NCBI GenBank assembly: GCA_964016885.1
Contig: OZ024757.1
Span: 36,208,001 to 36,272,000, forward strand
Length of the DNA: 64,000 nucleotides
Direction of reading: 5' to 3'
Source of the DNA: Eledone cirrhosa
Taxonomy: Eukaryota
Positions 42,669-56,049 of the stretch are shown one piece after another; position 1 is the stretch's first letter, and every line of letters begins with the position of its first letter. Below the pieces are notes generated by a model. That model worked only from the letters and a program-made list of their open reading frames with translations. It was not told the origin of the DNA and searched no databases. Made by a program: the position numbers and the translations under genes.

Positions 42669-43691
42669 TGCTTTTCAAATTATTAATGACATAACATTTT
42701 TTTTTTTTTGGTATTTAAAAACTACTTGTTGGAATTCAATGAAATTTCCACAGAATGATGGCAACAGCTATATAGTGGTGGTATGTAAACAAAAACGTGA
42801 GGTTCCATAAAACACCGCAGAAGCTACGGCCATTTACTAAATTTACGTAAACTTTTATTTTCAAATTATTAGCTCGGTGTAATTAAAACTCATGTAAACA
42901 AGAAAATGCTAATTTAATTGTTTGATGTACTGAAGTGAACACATACACAATAAACATGGAAGAAATAGAAATAGACATATAAACAAGGTTAAAAATGATG
43001 TCAGCTGGTTAGTAGGGGATAGATGAGCTGGTTAGTAGGGGATAGACGAGCTGGTTAGCAGGGAATATATGAGACTGTTTGAAATAAGTTGGAAAAGACG
43101 CTGGTCCATGGCACATGTTAATTTCCAGCTCTTCTATGATATTATACTACAAGATACATCCACTATTGCCTGCCACAGTTCATCCTTGCTCCTAAATTGG
43201 CGACCATTCTCATAAACTCGTCTCTTTAGAATGCTTCACAAGTTTTCTATTGGGTTTAAGTTGGGGGTACAGGCAGGCCACTTCATCTGTAGTTTTCTTT
43301 GCTGAGGGCGAGGGTGCATTATCTTGCATGAATATTATGGTTGCCTTAAAGATGATCCTTTGCCTTTTTACCAAAGTTCAAGGTGATGTTGACTTTCCCT
43401 TTGCAAGTCCAGAAGTAATAACAAATTTCTCTGAAGCAGTTGACTCACATTTATGACAAATAATTACACAATTATCAGACCCCTTGTTAATAATTTGGAA
43501 TACTGAAAGTTTGTGGAAATCATGCAAATGGCCACAGTTTGTTTACACTTGCACAAAACCTCATGTTTTTTACACACCGTGTGCATATAACTGTTGCCTT
43601 CATTTTGTGGAAATTTCATTGAATTCCAATGAGTAGTTTTTAAATAAAATGAATTTTAAAAGTTTCGTCATTAATAATTTGAAACGCAGTG
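42666..43691 (-). mobile_element. Internally deleted Tc1-like transposon with ~140-bp TIRs
   Basis: TIRs CACTGCTTTTCAAATTATTAATGAC / GTCATTAATAATTTGAAACGCAGTG; minus strand gives IFMQDNAPS...WPA..PNLNPIENL...KRRVYENGRQF.SKDELW. Confidence 0.88.
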
Positions 43692-43707
43692 TGTGTGTAT
43701 ATGTATG

Positions 43708-43769
<62 letters not shown>

Positions 43770-44462
43770 CATATATACATATTTATTTTTTTTTTTATTT
43801 TCTCATTAATTTCAATTTTGATTTTGTAATCGTATGTCTTCTGTAATGTATATATCTGATTTGATTTCATTATAAGAATATGTATTTAGTTTTTGTGTAG
43901 TTTTCAAATAATTTGGTGGGGTTAAATCTCTCTAGATCAGCATGCTGGCCTGACACCCACTCACCCAACCATCCAACCTCAAAGTACCATATTTTGGATA
44001 TTCAGCTTTGATGTAATCAATCTATATATATGAAGCAATATAGTTACATTATAACTATCTAACACTATATTATGTGAAGTTAATGGCTGGTTTCATACCT
44101 GGCACTGCCTATAATGTATATTTTTACATGTGCTCATGAATTTTCAGAATATTATACTGAGCAGATGTAAAATAATCTGCATAAAGTTTGAAACCAGTAG
44201 GTAGCCTTATATATATTATGTAACTATATAGCTCTTCTACTGATATAGAACTCTCTCACACTCCACAGATATAAATCAACATGGAAGCAAGATATGTTAG
44301 GGAGAGCTGAAAGCAGATGGTATCCACAGAAGAAGCCCTCTCTCACACAAATGCTTTCAGCCTTTTTTACTCTCTGAGGCCTAGGTTGCATCCTGGTCAT
44401 GACATTTGGGTGTCATTCTGCTAACATCTTGGACCCACTTAGCTATATATATATATATATAT

Positions 44463-44680
44463 ATATTCATTTTATTAAGGCTAAATAATGAGTTTTGTTA
44501 CTCCAGAGTTTCACTTCACAGGGTCATTAGCCGAGTTCTTGTCTAATGACCCTCTGAGTAGTAAGTGAAACTCCAGAGTAACCTGTCTTACTATTTAGCC
44601 TTAATAAAATGAATATTTAAACTCTACTTCAGTATTGAGTACACTTTTCTCACTACTTACAACTACACAAACACATGCAA
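44463..44680 (+). mobile_element. Fold-back, hammerhead-bearing mini-element (same family as 41861)
   Basis: Inverted arms span 44463-44616; both arms read CTAATGA...GAAA-ctc nn gag-TA. Confidence 0.65.
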
Positions 44681-44690
44681 CATATATATA

Positions 44691-44944
44691 TGCAAAGTGG
44701 TTGTAGAGGTGCCACGGCAAAAAAGCCCCCGGCCCACACTGTAAAGTGGACGTATAGGCGCCACGGAAAAAAAAGCACCCAGCACTCACTGTAAATGAGG
44801 TTGGTGTTAGGAAGGGCATCAAGCCAGAATCAGTTTCCATATGAGCAAGGCATGGTCAGCCGACCGGACACTGCCCACAACAGGACAACCCGTCTAACCC
44901 ATGCTAGCGTGGAAGAACGGACGTAAAACGGTGATGATGATGAT
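44691..44944 (+). mobile_element. SINE/RTE 3' tail copy
   Basis: Near reverse complement of 901-1160. Confidence 0.85.
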
Positions 44945-45272
44945 ATATATAAATATGTTGCTGTAGATATAGTTTTCTGTTTAGGTTAAGTGTACAGCCT
45001 AAAAAAACATATAACTTCTGGAGAATTGTTGGGTTTTTAATTCCTAAAATTACTTTTGAAAAGTACAACTATATACATATACATAGATTCTTATTTAGGA
45101 TTATATTGTACATTAATGTATTGTGTTATATTTTATTTCATAATTCTGATTTTATATATATTTTATTTGCCAACAAAAGAAGAATGCCGGCATTTAGCTT
45201 GTTGCATGCCATGTCCTCCAATCTTAATTGTCAGTCGATTTGCATGGATTTGTTGTATGTTATTGAATGCAG

Positions 45273-45404
45273 GTTCTTACCCAGCCAGTACACCACCATC
45301 CAAACATCTGTCTGTATCAACCAGTGTTCTCTATTACAAACGAAGCCCTGAATTTTCCTCTTCAGGAACTTTAAACTCTACCAACCGACCTGAATCACTT
45401 CTTG
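45273..45404 (+). CDS. MAP7: MAP7-like gene, exon C (132 bp, symmetric phase 1-1, candidate cassette exon)
   Basis: Acceptor gaatgcag|GT, donor CTTG|gtaaga. Encodes Ser/Pro-rich GSYPASTPPSKHLSVSTSVLYYKRSPEFSSSGTLNSTNRPESLL; phase matches exon B. Confidence 0.7.
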
Positions 45405-45771
45405 GTAAGACAAAATACAATATAATATAATGTAATATATATAAATATAGATTCCATTTTACACCTTATTCTATTGTCATAACATTTCTGTCTTTCAAGA
45501 CAGCAATAAGTGTTCTCTCCTGCTATACAGGGGTTTTTATCAACATGGTCAGTTTACATCCGGGCTTTTCATACTGGCATGGGTTGGACAGGTCATTTAT
45601 GTTCAAGACTAGACAGGACTAGCCAGGGAATCATGTTTTCATTTTGTGACATTTTTATATTATATTTGGCACAGTTTTTACAGCTTTTCTAAATGTCAAC
45701 AACTTTACAGAGTGCTATGAAAAGCATTCAACCATAGAAACCTTGCCCAATATATACTTATTTATCCTTAC

Positions 45772-45810
<39 letters not shown>

Positions 45811-46462
45811 TATATATGTATATACTATATTAAATACATGACAAACTGGTGTATACTTTCTATGGTACTCAGAGTTTTGTGAACTAAAAACAACCTCAGA
45901 AAGTCCTCCAAGTACCTTAAAAGGTATACAAGAGTTTTTATTTTATACAAGTATATATATATTTACTTTTATAATTACATATTGTGAACTCTTTTAGCGA
46001 TTACAACCTTACATTCAGATTATATATATATATATATATAATAATGTCATTATCATCCACATACGTCCACTTTTCCATGCTGGCATAGATTGGAGGGGTT
46101 GTTATTGGTCCAGGGGTACTGTTCCCTCATAAATGTGCCAGGGGTGGCATTTCACTGGGATACACTTAAACCTCACCTGGTTTCTGCAACTGGGCAGTGA
46201 CCTTTCTAACTCCAGAGTATACTGGGTATATTGTATTGTGGCGTCACCAACAGTAGAGAGGTTTTATTTTCTTTGATGTGACTGGACAGTCGTCTACCCT
46301 TTTGACAGGATTTCTACAGTTTGATGCCCTTCCTGATGCCAAACACCTTGCAGGCTGAACTGGGTATTTTACCATGGTGCCAGCACTAATGAAGGTGCCA
46401 TCTCCTTCACATGATGGTCCTTTCTACCTTATATTACTACCACACACACACATATATTGGCA

Positions 46463-47225
46463 GTATACAACAGGGGTCTATATGAAAGCATATGCTATAT
46501 ATTTATATACAACAGGGGTCTACATGAAAGCATATGCTATATATTTATATACAACAGGGGTCCAAATGAAAGCATATACTATATATTTATATACAACAGG
46601 GGTCTATATGAAAGCATATGCTATATATTTATATACAACAGGGGTCCAAATGAAAGCATATACTATATATTTATATACAACAGGGGTCTACATGAAAGCA
46701 TATGCTATATATTTATATACAACAGGGGTCCAAATGAAAGCATATGCTATATATTTATATACAACAGGGGTCTATATGAAAGCATATACTATATATTTAT
46801 ATACAACAGGAGTCTATATGAAAGCATATACTATATATTTATATACAACAGGGGTCTATATGAAAGCATATGCTATATATTTATATACAACAGGGGTCCA
46901 AATGAAAGCATATACTATATATTTATATACAACAGGGGTCTATATGAAAGCATATGCTATATATTTATATACAACAGGGGTCTATATGAAAGCATATACT
47001 ATATATTTATATACAACAGGGGTCTATATGAAAGCATATACTATATATTTATATACAACAGGGGTCTATATGAAAGCATATGCTATATATTTATATACAA
47101 CAGGGGTCTATATGAAAGTATATACTATATATTTATATACAACAGGGGTCTATATGAAAGTATATACTATATATTTATATACAACAGGGGTCTATATGAA
47201 AGCATATGCTATATAATTATATACA
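46463..47225. repeat. Minisatellite, 42-bp unit, about 18 copies
   Basis: Unit tatacaacaggggtctatatgaaagcatatgctatatattta. Confidence 0.95.
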
Positions 47226-47407
47226 ATAAACATGGGAGCCTTGCTATCAAAGAAAAAAATGTTTTCGTTATGAAAAAATTATATTTCCCTTTTGCTTTGT
47301 GAACATTTCACAGAGTGTCTTTCATCAGTAACATTCACTCAACCAGTACTGAAATGTAAATAGATTAGTCAATATAGATTTTGTGTGATGAACATTTGCT
47401 GGTGATG

Positions 47408-47486
<79 letters not shown>

Positions 47487-48941
47487 ATGTGTATGTGCAC
47501 ACACACACATGCATATATAAAGTAAGTTCAGCTTGGCAGTAGAGAATGATTCTAAGATAGAGAATTAACAAAGTGTTGAGTCCACATGGTGTCTACGATT
47601 GAGCAGTCATGTGACTGGGGGAGGGGACAAAATATTTAGGTGTTGATAAGAGAAGAGCAAAGGAATTTTATTTAAACATGTTCACAGTTAATTTCTCCCT
47701 CCCCACAAACAAATTTTTAAAATCTAATTTTATGAGACATATTTCAAAGGTTCTTGCTTAAATCCTACAATATAATATTGATATAAAAATGTTTTATGTT
47801 AGCTCCCAAGATGAAGACTGAATAGTTTAGGGACCACATACAAAGCAGACTTTATGTGGGAGTGGGGTAACAAAGAGGAATTGAAAACTTAAGAATCTTC
47901 AAGAGTTTGAGGTAATAAGAGATCTGTAGGAAGGGGAAAGATGAGTCACTCAGTGGATAATATGCTGGTAAATATATTTTTAGAAGCATGTTTATTTAGC
48001 ATCAATATGATAGCCACTTTACGATTTGTCCCTTTATGGTGTACATTTTGAAATGCCGCACCTCTGGTGTATTGAGGAAGATACTGATCGTATTCATAAC
48101 ATTGATGATAACAACAACAACAATAATAATAAGGTAGATATTTTAGAAATAGGGAGTAATGGTAGGCTATTTATTGTCATACATGTCTTTACATAAGTAT
48201 GCACTTGCAAGTGGTTCTGCACATATGGAGAACTGGTCGAAAAGTTCCCAAACCACACTCACTTATCAAGTGGGGTGAAACTCATCAGATCAGACAAAAG
48301 AAATGTTTCCATTTGTCTTTCTATTGCTGATACTATCTACCAGTCGCAATTCCTGACAGAAGAGCAACTTGAAATAAAGTGTCTTGCTCAAGAATAAAAT
48401 GGAACCAAACTCACAACCTAACAATTGCAAATTCAATTATCTAACCACTAAGCCACGTGCATTTTCTCCATGTGCAAAGATATACATATAAAGTTAGATT
48501 GTTCTTAAGTACCACGTCATGGCATATTTCATTTGCTATTATTGAGTAGACTTGTTTTATCCATTTGATTACAATGTCGGACTTTAATGTAAGAAAGTTT
48601 TACATAGTTTACGTTTACAAACCAAAATTGCCTCTGGTTCTTTGTTTAAAATACATCCACTTGTGTAGAAGATTTCCAAGGCAACACAAAGATCACAAGG
48701 TTTTTTTTGTTATTGCTATTTTAATATCTAACCGTAGCTAGGACCTCCCAATGCAACATATATTGATGTTCCTGTCTTTCAAACTCCAGATATAGGCTGA
48801 AAGTGAAGTCATATTCCTTCTAATAGGATTTTGAAATGAATGAGAATGCATGTATAAATGCTGCTTCAATGTATTGGATGTAAACTATGTTAACGTACTT
48901 ACTAGTTGAGTATCTATCTACATTACATTTATCAACTATAT

Positions 48942-49281
48942 GGAGGCACATGGCTTAGTGGTTAGAGCATTGGCCTTGCAATTGAAAGGTTGTGAGTTCA
49001 ATTCTCAGACCAGGTGATGTGTTGTTTCCTTGAGCAAGACACTTTATTTCACATTGCTCCAGTTTACTTAGCTGTAGAAATGAGATGATAGGACTGGGGT
49101 CCCTATCATTCCACTGCAAAGCGGTCTTGGAAGTGCCACAGCAAAAAAAAGCACCCAGCCCACACTGTAAATGAGGTTGGTGTTAGGAAGGGCATTCAGC
49201 TGTAGAAATCAAGCCAGAATCAGTTCCCGCCCCACCCTTGCAAGCAGGGAAAAGCGGACGTAAAATGATGATGATGATGAT
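48942..49281 (+). mobile_element. Full-length tRNA-derived SINE with RTE-LINE-derived 3' end
   Basis: A box TGGCTTAGTGG, B box GAGTTCAATTC; the tail ggacgtaaaa(tga)n is shared with the RTE 3' end at 901. Confidence 0.9.
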
Positions 49282-50783
49282 TACTAGATAAACATTTCCC
49301 TGTTAAAGTGCAGTTGTCCCTATTATTGCAACTACAGCTAATACTAAATCCAGAAGTGTCTATTTTTCTATGGTTAGATAATTTAGCTAAATTAAATAAA
49401 GTAATGTTAATGGTGAAGTTGGGAGTTGTAGAGTATGGTTTATGAAGGCGACTATGTACCTGTTAGTTGTATAGAAATAAGGGAATTACTTGGTGTTTGG
49501 CGTTTGAAGAAAAGACAAGTCTTTTAAGGCCATTTTTGATAATTCATAAAGTTTGTTTATATCCAGCCATGTCCTATCTCCAAGCTGTACTGGTAAGAAG
49601 CTCTGGAGAGAACTGGACAGCTGAGAATCTGTAATATTGCTGTTTTCTCTGAGTCCCCCCTTGATGCCAGACTACTTGAAGCTACCATACAAACTGTTTT
49701 TCTTTAAACTGTTTCTACATTACAACTAACATGACTAAACTGTGAACATAGAAAAAATAAATAGTAAATTATTTCAATGCTCCCCCTTTTCCCTGTTTAC
49801 CAATAAATTATCCAATCCAATCCAGGGCCTTCTCGCTTCTGTTGGAGGAATCCCTTCTCTGGTTGACTTCTTACCGTTTTGTTTGGTTTTGGTCATGTCA
49901 GAGATGTAGCTGTACTCACTACACTTGGCTAATTGTGGGTTGGTGAGGCTATAAAACCCATAGTAGGGAATTTATACTATAGTTATTGACATTTCATCAT
50001 GTCTACAGTTTATTGATATTTTACAAATATTAGTTGGGTTACGTGATGTTTGTGATACAGAAAATAGAAAAAGAAAGAGAAAAAATTAAATAGTAAAAAT
50101 AACAGAAAGGGGCAGGGAGCAGTAGGTAGTGTATATCAGCTGTTCCCCATGGAGAAAATGGCAAAGGTATTGCCATGAAGAACAGCCAGCATCACCCACT
50201 GCATCAATCATTCCACCTCATGAGGCTCCTTTTTCAAGTGAAATGCGGACCTCCTAATTTTTATAGAGGAAAGCACACATTGTGGGTACTGAGGAAACCA
50301 GAGATCTCAAATGTTTAGGCACTTGCTCAGTATTTGATAGATACATGATGCAATTCCTCATAGGCCCCTTCTGTCTACTTAGTTCTATCATCAGGATAAT
50401 TTACACCATTTTCTCTGCCACAGAAAGAAAGAGGTCTTTAAAGTTGCTGTATTTTAGGTATCCATCTCGTCTTCCATATTGTGGCAGTGATAATCCGATA
50501 TTTCATACACATCACTATTGTACTCTATCAAGTGAACCTTTCACTTACTCTGTAAATTAACAACTTCAAATTGATAATTCAGTGCTGCCTTGCTAACTTA
50601 ATAAGCAATCTAATGTCGATGGCGTTATATATTGGTACATTGTATAGTTGGTCATCATCACTGACTGATGATTAAAATTTAGATAGTGAGGTACATATCT
50701 ATAGGCCAATGTACAACAACAAACAACAAACATTTTAAGGTTGTTTTCCCTTGTATAGTTGGTTGTCAACACTGACTGTCAAC

Positions 50784-50981
50784 TATGAGGATCGGCTGAA
50801 AAGTTCACAGGCTGACCAAGATACTCTTATGGAATGGCCAAATAAGGTTTCTTTTTCAACATAGTCCCTGGAAAGAAACAATGCAGTTATTAATAAAAAG
50901 AATTGAAATTAATGTAAGATTTCATAGTTCTAGCATCACTCCTTCATAGTCAGCCTATGAACTTTTCAGTCAACCATCGTA
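50784..50981. mobile_element. Mariner-derived MITE (~200 bp); other copies at about 52040-52215 (partial) and 63166-63353
   Basis: TA-flanked TIRs gctgaaaagttcacaggctgac / gtcagcctatgaacttttcag. Confidence 0.85.
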
Positions 50982-52562
50982 ACATTTAGATGAATCAGTG
51001 AGGTACATATGTTGGTTAATGTACAATAACAAACACAGGTTAACTTTGCAGGGTCGATGACAGGTTTCTCACCCATTGAGGCAGTGTTTTAGTGCCAACC
51101 CATTTAGTCCACCTTCTACGACACAAAACTACAGTGTACTACCTATTTTAAATATAGGGATACACTCAGGTGTGTGTGTGCATGGATGTAGATGTGGCTG
51201 AGTGTTTAAGAAGTTTCACTTTTCAATCATGGGGTATCAGGTTTCACTCCTCAATGTGAAATCTTGAGCAAGTGTGTACATGTGTGGTCTGAGTGTTGAA
51301 CACACATACACATATTTTGTCTTAAAATGTTATTTTAAATGTTAATCTGTTTGTTTTTAAATTATATTTATTTCTTACAGAAGTGCATGTTTTTTAATGT
51401 TTTATTTTGTCTTTACCTAACATTTCTTACTAATACAAATAACGGTATATCTTGGTATGCATGGTTTTTTTTGTTGGGGTTTTTTTTTGGTACTATTATT
51501 TGGTAAATTTAATAGGGAGCAAAATATATAGTTTATTGTTTAATTTTGTTTTTAATTTTTACTTGAACCCTTTGAGAGTTTTTCACATGTTAAACTCTCA
51601 CAATACTGGACTCCTTATTGTTAGATCAAATAAATTATTTTGGCTGTAAATTATGGTACCAAATTGAATTTTAAATTGATTACAATAAGTTTTTTTAAGG
51701 GTTATTTTCCCTTGTTAAACAGGATTAGCCTTGCAGGATCCCATCATAAGGGTATTGTCAATGGAATTAGCCCCTTTAGTAGGAGAATCTATCAATTCAT
51801 TGAACAATATCTCTGAATCACTCAGTTTAATGTTATTAAAAACATTTTTATTATATATCAAGTTCACATAAAACTGGGGTTAGCTTTGGTGAACCTCGTT
51901 ATATTCTTAATCATACCCACCTTTGTGAGGCAATGTTATACAACTGGACGTCCTTCCTAATGCTAACCCTTTTAGTCACCTCTTACAACACACACGGATA
52001 TGGTGTACCTATTTTAAACTGTATATTCACTGATACTCTCTGACTAAGATACTCTCATGGAATAACCAAATGAGGTTTATTTTTTAATATAGTCCCTGGA
52101 AAGAAACAATGCAGTTATTAATAAGAAGTGTTGGAAATTAATGCATGCAAGACTTCTCAGCACTAGCATCACTCCTTCATAAGCAGCCTATACACTTTTC
52201 AGCTGACTCTTGTATATTCTAGCCACAATATTAACAGAACTACTATATAAATATGAGACAGACTAATTTATGACTCATAGTTCCATGATTGTTATTAATT
52301 GACAATATATTTAGAATTATTTTGGTTGTTGTTATTTTCAAATTAGTTTAATTTCCTGGTGAGCACCAGTTAGAATGGTGGTGGTGGTGAGGGATCGAGG
52401 AACCTCTGATGGCAACAGCAGTGGAGTATAGAGTATCTTCTTTCATTTGTGTCATCTCTCCAACCCATCCATCAACCTCACCACCATCCTACCACCACTG
52501 CATTAAAAATTTTTATTGAAATTCTTCCCCTACAAATAAACACATATATTTTGCTCCTTCTG

Positions 52563-52621
<59 letters not shown>

Positions 52622-52771
52622 CTGGACTTCATTGCTTCATAATATTCCAAAATCCCCCTTCTCTCTCTATCTCTATCTCTCCCTCTCTCCGGTATTGTTT
52701 GTAAAGTATTAACATCAGCCAGCAGTGCCATTCTAACTGTTTTCCAGAGCATTCTTGCTTATATATATAGA

Positions 52772-52805
<34 letters not shown>

Positions 52806-53810
52806 CACATATATTTTTAGAGATATTTATTTTGCTGAAGAAAAATGGAGTGGTGTTGATCCATTTTCTACTACATTATTTCTCATTACACAGCTGCTTC
52901 GCAGAGGCGTCCTATAGAGAAGTGCATGTCTATATGGTGCCTTTATTATTGTCTTATCATTTTTATTATTTCTTCATGTATGTATATATCTGTTTCTCCA
53001 CAGATACACACACACACACACACTCACATACACATATATATGTATATTTGTGTGTAAATATATGTATGTATATATATATATATATATATATTTGTGTGTG
53101 AGTATATATATATACTCACACACACACACACACACACACTCATATATATATATATATATGTATATGTGTGTATACACACATACACACACACACACACACA
53201 TATATATGTATATATGTATATATATATACATATATATATATGTATATGTGTGTATACACACACACACACTCATATATATATAGAGCACATGTATGTTGTT
53301 TTTCCATATATCACTTCTATCTATATATGCATCTGATTTGTTGTTATTTATTGATCATAAATATGTGGTCAACAATGGTGGTGGTATTTGTTAGAAGAAT
53401 TTTTTTTTTGTGGGTCTAAAGAAACTCTCCTTTTTCTCCTCATCTCCTATTTTTCTGCTGAATAGCATAAATTCTTCTGATTGGTTTTTCATTCATCTTT
53501 CTGCTTTTTTTTACTAAAAAGTTAAAAATCAAAAAAAAAATATCCAAAAATATTCAAAAATATCCAAAAAAAAATCCCCAAACACTGAAATATTTCAACA
53601 AGAATCAAAGGAATGATATCTCATCATTTATTATTATATTCTGAAGTGGAAACACATCTTATTAATAAATTGGTGGCACTTTCTTCCTTTCTTGCTAATG
53701 GTGGCGGGCTGCTAGTGTAGTCGTCCCTAATACTTAAGTGAGTTCGAATGAAGCCCCCTTAATTAAAAATTTTTCTCTCTTTCCACCACCTATGGCGGCC
53801 CTTATAACAG

Positions 53811-54062
53811 CCCTCAACACCATCCCCGAAAAACGTCGCTCTTTTCTAGCTCCAGCTTCTACTACACCTCACCGGACCAAAAGTACGATAGGATTGCACA
53901 TGTCCTTACCATCAGCCTCCGTTCCAGCCAAGCCACGAGAAATGCGCACCCCACGGAAACCTCGCCCAGCCAGTATAGCAGGGACTGTACCAGGGTTCGT
54001 TCCCTTGGAAGTACCCAAAGCCAGCACTCCCAGGAGTAAAAGTTCAGAAAGAATCTCAAAAG
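53811..54062 (+). CDS. MAP7: MAP7-like gene, exon D (252 bp, phase 1-1), basic Pro/Ser-rich region
   Basis: Acceptor ataacag|CC, donor AAAG|gtaagg. Encodes ALNTIPEKRRSFLAPASTTPHRTKSTIGLHMSLPSASVPAKPREMRTPRKPRPASIAGTVPGFVPLEVPKASTPRSKSSERISK; a GC-rich island in an AT-rich intron. Confidence 0.8.
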
Positions 54063-54612
54063 GTAAGGCTATTTAGCAACGTGTGTGATTGGTTGAAATC
54101 TATCGGCAGGAACTTGTTGGTATTAGGTATTTATATATATTTAATCGGTATTATAAAATGTTCTCCTTCCCAAATTTTCTTACCTCACATTTTTGGGTTG
54201 CTTTGAAATCCAGTGAACGTTTTATTGATGTTTCAAAATTTGGTGTTGGCTGTGAGTGTAACTAACATGTTCACACAATATCCTAACATTTTCTATAAAA
54301 AAAAAACATATACAGATAAACGGATGATAATCCCAAGAGGTTATCAGATGTAGATGTAGTTGTGGATGTGGTAGACATTAGAGATCAAATATGAGACAGA
54401 ATGACCTCAGTAAAAGGTAGATAGATGTACATAAGGTTAGAGTAATCTTTGTATGGTACTATGAAATATATATTGTGGCTGGTATCCTTCATTGGAGAAG
54501 GATTCATTAACTCTTTCCTGTTGAGGTTCCCTACACCCACCCCCACCCATTTTTACACCAAATACTATATTTCTCTATCACATCTTACAACGTACCATGT
54601 TTTAGTTTGCAG

Positions 54613-54677
<65 letters not shown>

Positions 54678-54840
54678 TATATATGTATGTATGTATGTAT
54701 ACGTAAATGTATGTATGCATGCATTAATGTGTATATATATATATTTATATATATATATGTGTGTGTGTGATGTATATGTATGTATGTATCTATATGTAAC
54801 TAAAATTGCCTCCTGTGATTTGTTTGTTTTATTTACTATA

Positions 54841-54878
<38 letters not shown>

Positions 54879-54881
54879 CTA

Positions 54882-54924
54882 GTCACTGAGGAGGTCACAG
54901 AATGTGTGATGAAAGAGCTTTGAC
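54882..54924 (+). ncRNA. Minimal type-I hammerhead ribozyme motif (Penelope-type)
   Basis: gtca-CTGAGGA-g-GTCACA gaatg TGTGAT-GAAA-G ag C-TT-tgac: helices I, II and a short III are all formable. Follows (TA)n, with AATAAA downstream. Confidence 0.7.
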
Positions 54925-55234
54925 AATATATAAACAACCTTCTGGTTATTCAACCAACCAACCAGAAACTCAATAAATTGAAGTGAAAAGCAACAGCTGT
55001 GTTTTTATTGGCAACATGACCCTTCCAAGTTGTAACAATATATGTAAATACATACATAGTAAAAGAATGAAGAATAACATGGTCAGCTAAGGGAACTTCT
55101 TGTTGAGTCATCGCCGGACGTTAGAACTGTCCTCGATACAGAGTAATCATAATCTCTAGCTGGATTACCTTAAATGATACCTTGTTATCTTATATACAGA
55201 CACACATATATATATATATATATATGTGCGTGTG

Positions 55235-55264
<30 letters not shown>

Positions 55265-55265
<1 letters not shown>

Positions 55266-55520
55266 CTAAGTGAGAAATTAGGAATAAGAGGGATCAGATG
55301 CTGTTTACTTGAGAGAAAACTACGTTGGTATGGTCACGTGATGCGGATGAAAGACGACAGCTGTATAAAAAAGTGCAGGGCGATGAAAATTGATGGAAGT
55401 TACGGATTAGGCAGACCCAGAAATTTGATAAGTTCCGACCTTACACACTTACACCTCTCCAAGACAATGTCACTGGACCGAGATCTTTGGCGCTACACAG
55501 TAATGCAGAAGACCCGCCTT
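55265..55520 (+). mobile_element. RTE LINE C-terminal fragment
   Basis: KLGIRGIRCCLLERKLRWYGHVMRMKDDSCIKKC...GRPR. Confidence 0.85.
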
Positions 55521-55744
55521 GCCTATGTACAAAGCAAGACCTACAGTCAGTAGGCACCTCTTAACCAAATACACACCCCCATCCCACTACCCCTTTCTCT
55601 GTAAAGTTATGTTGGTACCACAACATCCATATACATATATATATGAATATATATATATATATTCATATATATATGTATATATATACATATATATAAATGT
55701 ATATATATATATATATATGATGATGATTATATGTATATATATTC

Positions 55745-55776
<32 letters not shown>

Positions 55777-55777
55777 G

Positions 55778-55826
<49 letters not shown>

Positions 55827-56049
55827 GTATATATATACATATATATATATGTATATATATACATATATATATATATACATATATATACATACATATATAT
55901 ATATACATATATATATATGTATATATATACATATATATATATATACATATATATACATACATATATATATATACATATATATATATATACATATATATAT
56001 ACATATATATATATACATATACATATATACATATACATATATACATATA

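Noticed and set aside
46374-47302. 280-aa repetitive ORFs (also 22865-24188 and 36545-37120)
   Set aside because: Unit lengths divisible by 3 keep frames open; no splice or protein-family support.
48942-49015. Possible tRNA gene
   Set aside because: This is a SINE head: it has A/B boxes but no intact cloverleaf, and it continues into the SINE body in multiple copies.
52894-52936. Possible microexon in a small GC-rich island after tacacag
   Set aside because: Candidate donors (gtgcat, gtgcct) are weak and phase-incompatible with exon D; cannot be supported without RNA data.
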